A stretch of DNA of 64,000 bases, taken from a virus. The notes beneath the pieces were generated by a model. It saw nothing but the letters and a program-made list of their open reading frames with translations. It was not told where the DNA came from and did no database searches. Within the stretch, counting starts at the first letter, position 1; each line of letters opens with the position of its first letter. A program made the translations under genes and the position numbers. The stretch is taken from positions 30,441 to 94,440 of IMG/VR virus record IMGVR_UViG_3300009184_000001; one strand, 5' to 3'. Shown one piece after another: positions 1 to 9,187 of this stretch.

Positions 1-1346
1 GTTCCAGCAGAGTTCTGCCATTCCTGTAAGTTAGCAGATTGTGATGAAGCACCACGAACTACTACTCCAGTATTTGCAGCAGAAGTTGTTAAAAAATAGG
101 CTTGAGTGTTTGCTATAGCAGTCGCAGTGCCATTAGAAAAAACTCCTCCAGAAGTAATTTGAAAGTTGCTACCTACAATGCTTGGCGCACGAAGTTGACC
201 AGTATAAGCTACGCTTGATAGCACAGTTCCAGCAGAATCCTGCCATTGTTGTAAATCGGCAGATTGACCATTTACGCCCCTAGCAACTATGGCTTTTTCA
301 GTTGGATATGCACTGGCCGCAGCAAACGCCGTATCGCTTATAGATAAGCCATATGTTCTTACGCGCATTTGACCAAAATTATTTACAGCAGTAGGTATAC
401 CACCAGTAGACTCTTGCCATTCTTGTAAGTTTGCAGTCTGAGAAGCAACTCCTTGAATTACAAGCCCTTTGTTAGTAGCAGTTCCTGAGCCAATAGAAAC
501 AGCAGTAGATGAAAAACCTGAATTTAGGCCACCAAGTGCTGCACCATTTTTGCTTACAAAAAATCCATTTCCACCAATAAAAGTTTGAACTGTTCCGTCC
601 GACTGCTGCCATTCTTGCAAGTTTGCAGACTGCGAAACAGCACCTCTAATAATTGTTTTAGAAGTTGCCAAAGGAAGAACAATATTTAAAGGTATTGACG
701 ATGAACCCGATGCCCCAACGCCAAGATAAGCAATGTTTGTAATGCCGCTTGTAAAAGTAAACCCTGAGCCTGGTGCTTTAGAAATTGTGGCATCACCAAG
801 GTTTAATGTGCCGGTACCAGAAATATTTACACTTAATGTTCCAGTCATAGACTGGTTTCCTGTGAATGAGTTATTACTATCAAGATTTGCTTTACCATTC
901 AAAGCTGTAACTAAACCTGTAATTTGTGTTTGTGCCAGCGTTAGACCTGTTTGGTCTATTCCAATATTTGCTGCTGTACTAGTACCTGTGTTGGTTATAG
1001 GAGAAGTTACAGAAACAACCCCGGTAGCTCCAGTATCTCCCTTGTCACCTGTGTCACCTTTGCCAGCAAAAGTACCCGGTATTCCTTGAGGACCTTGAGG
1101 CCCCTGTGGCCCTGTAGGGCCAGTAGGACCTAAATAACTAGTAGATGTCTCAATCCAGTAAGAATCATAGTAAAAGTAAAGTTGTGCGGTCGATGACTTA
1201 AACCAAAGTTCACCATTTACCAAATTTCCTGTTGGGGCAGTTTCAGAAATTGTGTATCTGCCAGTTTCACCTTGAGGTCCTTGCTTACCAACAACAGCGT
1301 ACTCCCATTGCGCTGTGGTAGGATTATAAAATTTTAAGGTACTCAT
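1..1346 (-). CDS. Tail fibre protein, 3'-truncated by the window edge (missing from the ORF track)
   Basis: Manual translation from ATG 1346 (GGAG RBS upstream): MSTLKFYNPTTAQWEY..., collagen-like GPQ/GDT triplets, four repeats of G..[SG]Q[ST]A[ND]LQ[EQ]WQ; frame open to position 1. Confidence 0.85.
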   Translation of the reverse strand, partial: MSTLKFYNPTTAQWEYAVVGKQGPQGETGRYTISETAPTGNLVNGELWFKSSTAQLYFYYDSYWIETSTSYLGPTGPTGPQGPQGPQGIPGTFAGKGDTGDKGDTGATGVVSVTSPITNTGTSTAANIGIDQTGLTLAQTQITGLVTALNGKANLDSNNSFTGNQSMTGTLSVNISGTGTLNLGDATISKAPGSGFTFTSGITNIAYLGVGASGSSSIPLNIVLPLATSKTIIRGAVSQSANLQEWQQSDGTVQTFIGGNGFFVSKNGAALGGLNSGFSSTAVSIGSGTATNKGLVIQGVASQTANLQEWQESTGGIPTAVNNFGQMRVRTYGLSISDTAFAAASAYPTEKAIVARGVNGQSADLQQWQDSAGTVLSSVAYTGQLRAPSIVGSNFQITSGGVFSNGTATAIANTQAYFLTTSAANTGVVVRGASSQSANLQEWQNSAG

Positions 1347-1371
1347 TTAAGACTCCTATATAAAATACTCA

Positions 1372-2973
1372 TTAAGACAACCTAAAGAACCAAGGAGAAG
1401 CTATACCTAAAGCGCTTGAAGATGCTACGATATCAGTTGTTGCTACTTGTTGAGTTATTTGTGGGAGGTATGTTGCACTAGATAAGTTTCCATTGGCATT
1501 TGGCCATATAGCAAGAGATGGGACTGTTGGAGTACCTCCCCAGTTTACAACCATGCCTACTGCGTATGTTGTTCCTGCGGTCAGCGTAGTTGATGGAATA
1601 GTGAAATCATATAATAGAGTTGTTCCACCTACAAATGGATAATTCTGCCATGCTGAAGTAGCAATTGGTGTAGTAGTCGAACCGCTAACGCTAAACAATG
1701 CTGCTTTAGCAGCTGCAATTTGGCTTAGTGTGATGACACCAGATACTGTACCAGTATTAGGAAGGTCTAAAGTTATTGTTAAATTGTTAGAGCTAACTGA
1801 AACAATTTTTGCACCCGATGCAATTCCAGCACCTGAAACTCCATTGTTAGGAAATGGTAGTCCTGCACTCCAAATAGTGTTTGTCATGGTAATAGTGTAA
1901 GCTCCCTGTACACCCGATGAAAGGTTGGAGCTAATTGTTAGCACTCCAGATACTGTACCAGTGTTAGGAGTGTCCAAAGTAAGCACTAAACCATTAACAT
2001 TTGTAATTTTTGCACCTGTTGCAATTCCAGTACCAGAAATTGTAGCTCCAACTGTAGGTGTAGTTCCGTTAGACCATTGAGTGTTTAGCATAGTAACAGT
2101 GCTTGCACCTTGCGCACCTGATGAACCATTAGAGCTAATTGTAATAGTTCCAGAGACTCTTCCAGTATGAGGAGTGTCTACAGTAATTATTAAACCAACA
2201 GATGCAATAATTTTTGCACCTGCTGCAATTCCAGTACCAGAAATTGTAGCACCGACTAGAGGGGTTCCTGAGCCCCATGAAGTAGTGTTGTTTACCATAG
2301 TAATAGTATCTCCACCAATTGAACCTGATGAACCACCACTGTTAGTGCTTGTACTTACTGAAATACCGGTCTCTCTTGAAAGACTTGTAGTAGGTGCAGA
2401 CCAGTTGCCTACGGATGCATTGCTAACATAATTTGAAATTTTTGTAACTGTGATGTCTTGTTCGGGAGTAAAAAAGAATGTTCTTAGAGAGCCACTAACA
2501 ACGGCTAAGGTAGAGGTAGCAAATAGTCTTGGAGGGACGTCTAATGTAGTAGTGCCTTGGTAAAACTTTGCACGTTGTTGAGTTAAAGTTGAAGCAATAC
2601 CGGAAATTTTTGATGGGGCAATGGCTGCAGTAGAAGAAATATCAGCATCAACAATAGTTGTAGCGGATAGAACATCAGAACCATTTGATTTAACTACACC
2701 AGCAGTAGAACCAAATGTAGTCTTACCAGTTCCACCATTAGCAACAGCAACAGTCCCAGTAACATTAGTAGCGGTTGCTGCGGAAATAGTGCCAGTAAGT
2801 TTTGAGCCATCAGTTGCATAAGTCAAACTAGTCCAAGTACTGGAGCCAGTACCGATTTTAAACTTTCCTGTGTTACTTTCAAACCCAACCTCACCAGCAG
2901 CTAGGGTAGGGTTAATTGTGGTCCAATTTGCGTCTGTATCCCTTCGGACCTGAATTTGTGTAATTTGTGCCAT
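1372..2973 (-). CDS. Tail fibre/receptor-binding protein with Mtd_N-like N-terminus and three internal beta repeats
   Basis: IQVRRDT..NW...NP.LA.GE.GFE..T.KFKIG.G...W N-terminus; three ~68-aa repeats containing SG.GIA.GAKI and D.P.TG.VSG. Confidence 0.8.
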   Translation of the reverse strand: MAQITQIQVRRDTDANWTTINPTLAAGEVGFESNTGKFKIGTGSSTWTSLTYATDGSKLTGTISAATATNVTGTVAVANGGTGKTTFGSTAGVVKSNGSDVLSATTIVDADISSTAAIAPSKISGIASTLTQQRAKFYQGTTTLDVPPRLFATSTLAVVSGSLRTFFFTPEQDITVTKISNYVSNASVGNWSAPTTSLSRETGISVSTSTNSGGSSGSIGGDTITMVNNTTSWGSGTPLVGATISGTGIAAGAKIIASVGLIITVDTPHTGRVSGTITISSNGSSGAQGASTVTMLNTQWSNGTTPTVGATISGTGIATGAKITNVNGLVLTLDTPNTGTVSGVLTISSNLSSGVQGAYTITMTNTIWSAGLPFPNNGVSGAGIASGAKIVSVSSNNLTITLDLPNTGTVSGVITLSQIAAAKAALFSVSGSTTTPIATSAWQNYPFVGGTTLLYDFTIPSTTLTAGTTYAVGMVVNWGGTPTVPSLAIWPNANGNLSSATYLPQITQQVATTDIVASSSALGIASPWFFRLS

Positions 2974-4439
2974 TATTGACTCCTTGTATAATTCTTGATA
3001 ATATCGAAAACTCTATTAAACATTCTAGCAGCATAATACTTATTGCCGGCAGCATTTAGGTGGTAATCAGCACCAGAAACATAAATTTGACCATTGCCTA
3101 AAGTTCCTGTTGAAGTTGAATCTGTGTATGTTCCAGTAACCCATCCTTCACCATAAATATTTACTGCGCCAATAACGTTAGGTGCAGCCAGTGCAGCTGA
3201 ATATACAGTTGAAGCATTAAGTGAGTAGTTTGAGCCAGATAGCGCGTTTGAGCCACGTGTAAAAACAATTACTTTAGTATTAGGTAAGTTAGTTGCAATA
3301 TAATTGTAAACATAAGTTGCATGTGCGCTCAGCTGATAGGTAGACCCGGTATACCCGTCATCATTGGTAGTTCCAAGGAATATGACAAGGTCAGGGTTAA
3401 TAGTCGTCAATATAGATAGACGTGTAGGGGCACACCAGTTGCCTCCACCAGCAGTAGCGTCTGTTACATAACCAAGAATTGGGTCCACGTTTGTTCCACG
3501 TACATACCCAGTTCCACCGATGGAAACATTGTGATAGTCCGCGTTTATCATCTCACCAAACTGTATAGACAACTGGTCAGATGTGTTAGTCGCCCCTCCT
3601 TGGTAGCCGTCTAACCAAGACCCATCAAATAGAGCAACTTTTAAAAGGTTTTGCTCGACTGGGTAGATAGTCTCAGTGGCATCTTTCAAACCAATTCCAC
3701 CGAAATCTGCTTGAGTCAACATAATTCGTATACGACGTTGGTCAGTAGATGGTAGCTCTACATTGTAGTAATTATTCACATTATAACTAGTAGTCGGTCT
3801 TACTGCTGAATCAGTAGTAGGAACGCCATTTATCCATACCCAAATTTGAACAGCGTTGGTTCCAAGAGAGTTATAAAGGACATCAAAATTACTACCGTAG
3901 TAATCAAACTCAACCCAAAAGGTTTTAGCTCCACCATAATTAGTATTGCGATAGCAGGGTGTACCGTTAGCGTTTATAATAACGCTTGAAGTTAACCCCC
4001 GGAAATAAAATTTGCCGCTATCGTAAGCATAGCGGGTAGCTCCAGAGATTGCGGTATTGCTAGTACTGGAAATTAGTGAAGGGTCAGCAGTAGGAAAAGC
4101 TTTAAGTGGGCCAGTAGCTCTAGCAAGAAAACCATCAAACTTAGACTTTATAGCAGAACTGCCTTTAGCATCGTAGTTACTAGTTAAAGACACTGCACCA
4201 GTAAGGCCGTCAACAGATGACACACCTGTTGTAATAGCTTGCCATTGGGTGTCATAATCTGTGTTAGACCTTTTAACTAGTGCTTGTCCTGTAGTTCCAC
4301 CTGCGACAACTCCTACACCAACTGCGCCTGTTGGGCCTGTAAGGCCAATATCGCCTTTTTCTCCCTTGTCGCCCTTAACACCTTGAGCAAGATATTTCCA
4401 AGTTCCTGAAGTAGTGTCATAATATTTTATTGCGCTCAT
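2973..4439 (-). CDS. Tail-associated protein: collagen-like N-terminus plus SGNH/GDSL hydrolase domain
   Basis: GDKGEKG triplets; SGNH blocks FDGSW, SIGGTGY, GTTND, DYH. Confidence 0.7.
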   Translation of the reverse strand: MSAIKYYDTTSGTWKYLAQGVKGDKGEKGDIGLTGPTGAVGVGVVAGGTTGQALVKRSNTDYDTQWQAITTGVSSVDGLTGAVSLTSNYDAKGSSAIKSKFDGFLARATGPLKAFPTADPSLISSTSNTAISGATRYAYDSGKFYFRGLTSSVIINANGTPCYRNTNYGGAKTFWVEFDYYGSNFDVLYNSLGTNAVQIWVWINGVPTTDSAVRPTTSYNVNNYYNVELPSTDQRRIRIMLTQADFGGIGLKDATETIYPVEQNLLKVALFDGSWLDGYQGGATNTSDQLSIQFGEMINADYHNVSIGGTGYVRGTNVDPILGYVTDATAGGGNWCAPTRLSILTTINPDLVIFLGTTNDDGYTGSTYQLSAHATYVYNYIATNLPNTKVIVFTRGSNALSGSNYSLNASTVYSAALAAPNVIGAVNIYGEGWVTGTYTDSTSTGTLGNGQIYVSGADYHLNAAGNKYYAARMFNRVFDIIKNYTRSQ

Positions 4440-4606
4440 GCAGAACCCCCGTCAATAGCATTTATATACGTTACATCGTTTGGGTCTACCCAAAGTTGTG
4501 AAATGTCTGTTGGAGCTGACGTAGAAATTTTTACATTGTTTTGTTGGGTTAATGTCAGTGAAACCCATTGTTGAGTAGGTACATCCCAAATTTTTAAGGC
4601 TGTCAT
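4436..4606 (-). CDS. Small tail-module protein, 56 aa (MTALKIWDVPTQQWV...IDGGSA)
   Basis: Manual translation; ATGA overlaps with both neighbours; shares K..D....W, LWVD and GGSA motifs with adjacent tail proteins. Confidence 0.75.
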   Translation of the reverse strand: MTALKIWDVPTQQWVSLTLTQQNNVKISTSAPTDISQLWVDPNDVTYINAIDGGSA

Positions 4607-5178
4607 GCTGAACCCCCCGATATTGTGCCGCCGTAAACAGTCGCACCAGTTATATTGATAGTTCCACTTAAAGTTGGGTTATTAAGGTCAGCAAGAGCTA
4701 CTGCGTATCCTAGAGAAGTCCATGGTGTAGAGCCGTTACCAATCTTAAATTTGCGAGTATCTAACTCAAACCCAAATTCACCAGCATCTAAGATTGGGTT
4801 AACAGATGTCCATACTGAAGAATTTCCACGTCTAGTTCTCATAGAACTTAATTGCCCTGCAGGTGTTCCGCCATCAAAAACTGCAACTTGCGCTAAAGTA
4901 GTTGAGGTATCAGCCCACAACTGTGCGTGACTTGGAGGTGTATCCGAAATTATAATACCAGCAGGAGAAGAAGATATTTCAGTACCAATATCGTCTGTAT
5001 CTACCCACAGAACTTTAGTGTCTGAAGGAGCGTTTGGCTGAGCTAGGATTCCAGGCAATCCATTAGGGCCTCGTTGTCCTGGGACACCTGGCAGCAAAGT
5101 AATATCAATTACTTGATTAGCTTCCTCGTTTGGTTGAAGAAGCGTTATATCTTTTTCTGGTAAAGGTAAAGGGGCCAT
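4603..5178 (-). CDS. Minor tail protein with Mtd_N-like domain
   Basis: RRG....W...NPIL.AGE.GFE.DT.KFKIGNG...W; short collagen stretch. Confidence 0.75.
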   Translation of the reverse strand: MAPLPLPEKDITLLQPNEEANQVIDITLLPGVPGQRGPNGLPGILAQPNAPSDTKVLWVDTDDIGTEISSSPAGIIISDTPPSHAQLWADTSTTLAQVAVFDGGTPAGQLSSMRTRRGNSSVWTSVNPILDAGEFGFELDTRKFKIGNGSTPWTSLGYAVALADLNNPTLSGTINITGATVYGGTISGGSA

Positions 5179-6479
5179 TATATAATCACCGTACTAGAAC
5201 GAGCAGTAAAGAAATTCCCGCCTTTGATTTCGGTAACATCACCGGTAAAGTCATCTACTGTAGAAAGAGACCAGTAAGCACGTTCTGCCAGTCTAAGTGT
5301 CTGGTCCTTAGTAAACGACATTGTAAAGGTGTAATCTTTAGAAACGTTTGTTTCTACTTGCGCAGCTAAACCAGTTAATGACAAGACAGTTGTAGAAGTA
5401 CCAGTAACAGTAAAAGTTGTGCCAGTAGGAGTGGCGTTACCAATAGTGTACACACCGTCTACTGTGCTGTCTACACCAGTAATAACTACTGAGTTTCCTG
5501 TGGTCAAACCATGAGCAGCACTGGTAGTAATTGTGATAGTTCTATTTCCTGAAACTCTAGCTGCATTAGTGATTGTATCAATACCAGGAGCGTTTACAGA
5601 AAGAGTAAAGTCTTGAATTGCAAGTGCTGAGCCACGTTGGTTTAATAGTTTTGCTGTGAATGACTTACCAGCAAAGTTGTCTATAATATCTAGTGAGGTA
5701 CTGAACGAACGTCCTTGGTAGGCAGTAAACTCTCCACCATCAGTAGGCCAAGCAGTTGGCTTATCTCCATAGGTAGAGTGCTGGTCTGCAACTCTTTGTG
5801 GGAATGAACGGTCATCGACTTCTTGAGGCTTGTAAACAGGAATTAAACGTCCGGTAGCCTTAGAGATTCTGCGAAGACTAAATACGTCAATTTTATATAA
5901 GCCAACGCCTAATTGAACACAGAGTTCACGGTATTGGGTTTGACGAGTTTGAACCATCTCCATAAGCTGACGGAAACGTTCTGAACGAGGGATAGTAACC
6001 CCATCTGGAGCTTGGATGTCAATATCAAACGAGGCATCAGTGGCTAAAGTATAAAGAGCAATAGTGGTAGCGTAAATAGCTACAGGGTATTCTTCAATAA
6101 AAGGAAGAGTAGAAATATCCATTTTACGGCCCAAGGAGTCTGTGTGTCCCGCAGAATGTTGGGTAATGGCGTCATTAACAATAGTAGTTAGTTCTGCTCC
6201 AGTAAAATAACGGTAATAGTTTCCGCTAACAGTAACTTCAGTCATGTCAGCCAGCACATCTGCTGTAACTAAAATACCAGTAGATTCTTCAACATAACTA
6301 GTAGAACTAATGTCGGTAGTTCCTGCATATACTATAACAGTAGTTGCATCTAAAGGAGCATAGTGTAGTTTAAAACGGTTGGTTGTACCATCTGCAACGA
6401 ACTTGGTTACGAAAGTTTTTCCAGCGTCGCCAAGTTCAAGGCGAACTCTGTCAATAAGGCTAGAAGTAGTAGCCATCAA
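5178..6479 (-). CDS. Virion structural protein (neck/head-tail adaptor candidate) with inserted beta domain
   Basis: Lies between capsid and tail genes; LIDRVRLELGD N-terminus; ITITTSAAHGL..G..V.I.G beta module. Confidence 0.55.
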   Translation of the reverse strand: MMATTSSLIDRVRLELGDAGKTFVTKFVADGTTNRFKLHYAPLDATTVIVYAGTTDISSTSYVEESTGILVTADVLADMTEVTVSGNYYRYFTGAELTTIVNDAITQHSAGHTDSLGRKMDISTLPFIEEYPVAIYATTIALYTLATDASFDIDIQAPDGVTIPRSERFRQLMEMVQTRQTQYRELCVQLGVGLYKIDVFSLRRISKATGRLIPVYKPQEVDDRSFPQRVADQHSTYGDKPTAWPTDGGEFTAYQGRSFSTSLDIIDNFAGKSFTAKLLNQRGSALAIQDFTLSVNAPGIDTITNAARVSGNRTITITTSAAHGLTTGNSVVITGVDSTVDGVYTIGNATPTGTTFTVTGTSTTVLSLTGLAAQVETNVSKDYTFTMSFTKDQTLRLAERAYWSLSTVDDFTGDVTEIKGGNFFTARSSTVII

Positions 6480-6537
6480 TCCTCCAAAGTCTTATATAAC
6501 TATGTTCTCTTAAAAGTGTATAAAATTCATGGTAAAA

Positions 6538-6579
6538 GTCCGCCCTGCTGGTGAGGAGGGCGGGACCAGCAGGACGGAC
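6538..6579 (-). terminator. GC-rich hairpin, probable terminator
   Basis: GTCCGCCCTGCTGGT...ACCAGCAGGACGGAC inverted repeat followed by TTTT on the minus strand. Confidence 0.5.
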
Positions 6580-6595
6580 AGATTGGGGAGGCGTA

Positions 6596-6964
6596 CTACT
6601 GACGCCAGACGTAACCAAGTTCTTCTAGATACTGTGCAAGAGCACGTGGTACCGAGTAGCGAACTCCAGCTTTAAAAGTATAGGAGTTTCCAACACCATA
6701 AGTCATATCTTCGATATCGTGGTGTGTACGGATAACAACCTTGTCGTTATTTACTGAGACTCCAACTTCTTCAATTTCATCAATTAAAAGAGGTTGACTT
6801 GGATTCAATGGGTCAAACACATCATTCTCAAGGCTGATAGCCTCTGCCTGACGTGAAATGGAAATTTCATCTTTACGAGCAGCTAGTTCAGCTGCATTAC
6901 GCTTTGCAGCATCTTCTGCTGCGCGTCCTGTTGTGTCCTGTGGACTAGTGGGTTTATTTGCCAC
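6596..6964 (-). CDS. Hypothetical head-associated protein
   Basis: 122-aa ORF right after the capsid gene, AAGGAG RBS. Confidence 0.7.
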   Translation of the reverse strand: MANKPTSPQDTTGRAAEDAAKRNAAELAARKDEISISRQAEAISLENDVFDPLNPSQPLLIDEIEEVGVSVNNDKVVIRTHHDIEDMTYGVGNSYTFKAGVRYSVPRALAQYLEELGYVWRQ

Positions 6965-7044
6965 GATATTATTCTCCTTGTTATTTGTTTATTTGTTTGT
7001 GTTGGGGGGCCCCGAAAGGCCCCCCTCGACGAAGGGTTTGGCTA

Positions 7045-8202
7045 TTAGTTGGTGTAAACCTTGTTGATAGCCTGGTCTGTGATGATACCTAGACCCCAGA
7101 TGGCGTACCATGCTAGTGCGTGCTCACGACCAAAGTCTAGAACACCACCATCACGAAGCTCAACTGGAAGAGCGATTGCGTGACCAAATGCGTTGTCACC
7201 AATCATGATTGACTCGTATACATCCTTTGCAGGAGTAGTACCAGTCGAACCACCAGCAGGGTTAGGTGAAGCTGACCCAGTAGGGTTACCACCTGAACCA
7301 GGAGCAGTGTTAGCCTTAACAGCACCATTAGCGTATTCATACTGGTTGCTTGGAGCACCAGTTACAGAGGTGTAGTCAACAGCAGTAGACTGAGCAAGTA
7401 GCTTAACCTGAGTAGTCTCGATGAAGACTACGTCGTATAGACGACCAATCTCACCTAGCATGAAGTTACCTGGAGCAGCGTACTTGGTTACTTCGATGAA
7501 CTCTGGGTTCGAGCGAAGGTCACGAGACTGCTTAGGGTGGATGAACATAACGTAAGTCTCACCAATTCTAGGAATGTTCTTAGAAGCAAGGGTAAGAGCT
7601 GAGTCCTTGATAGCACCAGTTGTCAACTTAAAACCACCAGTTAGTTCAGACAGGTTAGCTGCCAACTTACCTTCGTTGTAGTTAGCAAATCCGCTAGAAG
7701 TATCTGCGGAACCGTCAGCTTTCAATGTACGGTCATAACCAAAGGTCGCTGAAGTAGCAGCCGATAGTGTGTTGCGAGCCTGTACGTCAAGGTACTGTGC
7801 CATGTGGCGACCTAGCAAACGAGATGCAGAAGCCATGATGTCGTCGAACGAAGCGTTCAGTAGCAGTTCTGAAACTGCAACTGCGTAGCCGTGCTCTGCA
7901 ACGGTGATAGCAATCTGCTCTGCGGTTAGAGCGTTGGTTGACATACGGACACCTTCAGTTAGTGGAGTTGGGTCCACGCTGAAGTTTTTGTAACGAAGGA
8001 AGTTAACACGCAGACCTGGTGAAACACCAAGCTCTGTCTTCTTAACTGCAAACTGCTCAAAACGAAGAATAGGCATCGCCTGGAACAGAATTTCCTTCGA
8101 CCAGATGGTTTGAATAGCCTGTGAAAGCTGGCTATTTGAACCTGAATATGCGGTAGGCGCAGTAGCTAATGCCTGCGTACCTGTAACAGCAGAACCTGCC
8201 AT
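7045..8202 (-). CDS. Major capsid protein, N4-gp56-like family
   Basis: Follows portal and scaffold; PLTEGV, EHGYAV, IHPKQSRDL, GEIGRLYDVVFIET motifs; AAAGGAG RBS. Confidence 0.9.
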   Translation of the reverse strand: MAGSAVTGTQALATAPTAYSGSNSQLSQAIQTIWSKEILFQAMPILRFEQFAVKKTELGVSPGLRVNFLRYKNFSVDPTPLTEGVRMSTNALTAEQIAITVAEHGYAVAVSELLLNASFDDIMASASRLLGRHMAQYLDVQARNTLSAATSATFGYDRTLKADGSADTSSGFANYNEGKLAANLSELTGGFKLTTGAIKDSALTLASKNIPRIGETYVMFIHPKQSRDLRSNPEFIEVTKYAAPGNFMLGEIGRLYDVVFIETTQVKLLAQSTAVDYTSVTGAPSNQYEYANGAVKANTAPGSGGNPTGSASPNPAGGSTGTTPAKDVYESIMIGDNAFGHAIALPVELRDGGVLDFGREHALAWYAIWGLGIITDQAINKVYTN

Positions 8203-8303
8203 TTTTTGCTCCTTTCAGAAGCGGTCGTTAGATTATTGTTTTAGGGGTGTTGCGGATTATATGGCTGTTATGAAACTTTTATAACAACGCATAACTTCCA
8301 TAT

Positions 8304-9059
8304 TTATCCAAAGAGCCCTTGTCCACTGTTTTTACCTGAGCCAAGTAACTTAGCTCTATTCTTCGCATAGTCTGCCATTGACATGTTATTAATGTCATTA
8401 GGTGAATACGTACGTGAGTCCGAGTCGTTGTCGAGGGGTCCGGAAGCCGGGCTCGTAATACGAGTTCCAGCCATTTCCTTGCGGCTCTGCTGTGCAACTT
8501 GCGCAACAGAATCGAAGATTTTCGCAGAGCGTTCTTTAAGACCAAGGATGCTCTGCTCAATTTCATCCTTAGAATTACCAGAAATTAGGTCAACTAGTTC
8601 TGGAATAATATTATCGCGTTCTGTTTCCATACGCTGTTGGCGGTATGCCGATAGTTCCTGAAACTCACGCTCACGTTCAAGAAGAGCAAATGCCTTCTCA
8701 CGTTCTTGGCGTTCAGAGTTAAGCTTTTCAGCCCACTCCTGCTCTTTAACCGCAAGTAGGTCACGAACTTCAAGTTCAGCCTCTTCTTGCTTCTTACGTT
8801 CTGCTACGGCCTGTGCTTCACGTGCTGCACGTTGTGCCTTACGTTCTGCGTCCTTAGCGTCACGCTCTTGCTTTTCATTACGAAGACTAGCAAGTTCTTC
8901 TTGTAGCTTCTCTACCTGAGGGTATAGCTTAGCCTTCTCCTGAGCACGCGCCTTTGCAATATCATCGGCACTGAACTGGTTCTGCACTGCTACCTCCTCA
9001 GCAAAAGCTGCATTAGTAATTGATTCAGTAGATTCTACTACTTCTAGGTTTTCATCCAT
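8304..9059 (-). CDS. Capsid scaffolding protein
   Basis: Charged coiled coil; C-terminal MSMADYAKNR; position between portal and capsid. Confidence 0.75.
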   Translation of the reverse strand: MDENLEVVESTESITNAAFAEEVAVQNQFSADDIAKARAQEKAKLYPQVEKLQEELASLRNEKQERDAKDAERKAQRAAREAQAVAERKKQEEAELEVRDLLAVKEQEWAEKLNSERQEREKAFALLEREREFQELSAYRQQRMETERDNIIPELVDLISGNSKDEIEQSILGLKERSAKIFDSVAQVAQQSRKEMAGTRITSPASGPLDNDSDSRTYSPNDINNMSMADYAKNRAKLLGSGKNSGQGLFG

Positions 9060-9187
9060 TATTATTCTCTTTTCATTCTCTTGGTCGTTTTCCGTATTAA
9101 TGCCACATGACCTTGTCAGTCGTACTTATTAAGTAACATCATAATTATATTTTGTTACCTAATTAAATAATGCCTTAAACTAAAGCA

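Noticed and set aside
733-1133. Plus-strand ORFs opposite tail genes, and similar antisense ORFs throughout
   Set aside because: Shadows of longer motif-bearing genes on the other strand
4452-4646. ORF-track 64-aa ORF
   Set aside because: The alternative frame 4436-4606 has ATGA coupling on both sides and tail-protein motifs
1372-5178. Diversity-generating retroelement suggested by Mtd_N-like domains
   Set aside because: No reverse transcriptase and no template/variable repeat pair with adenine-specific mismatches in the window
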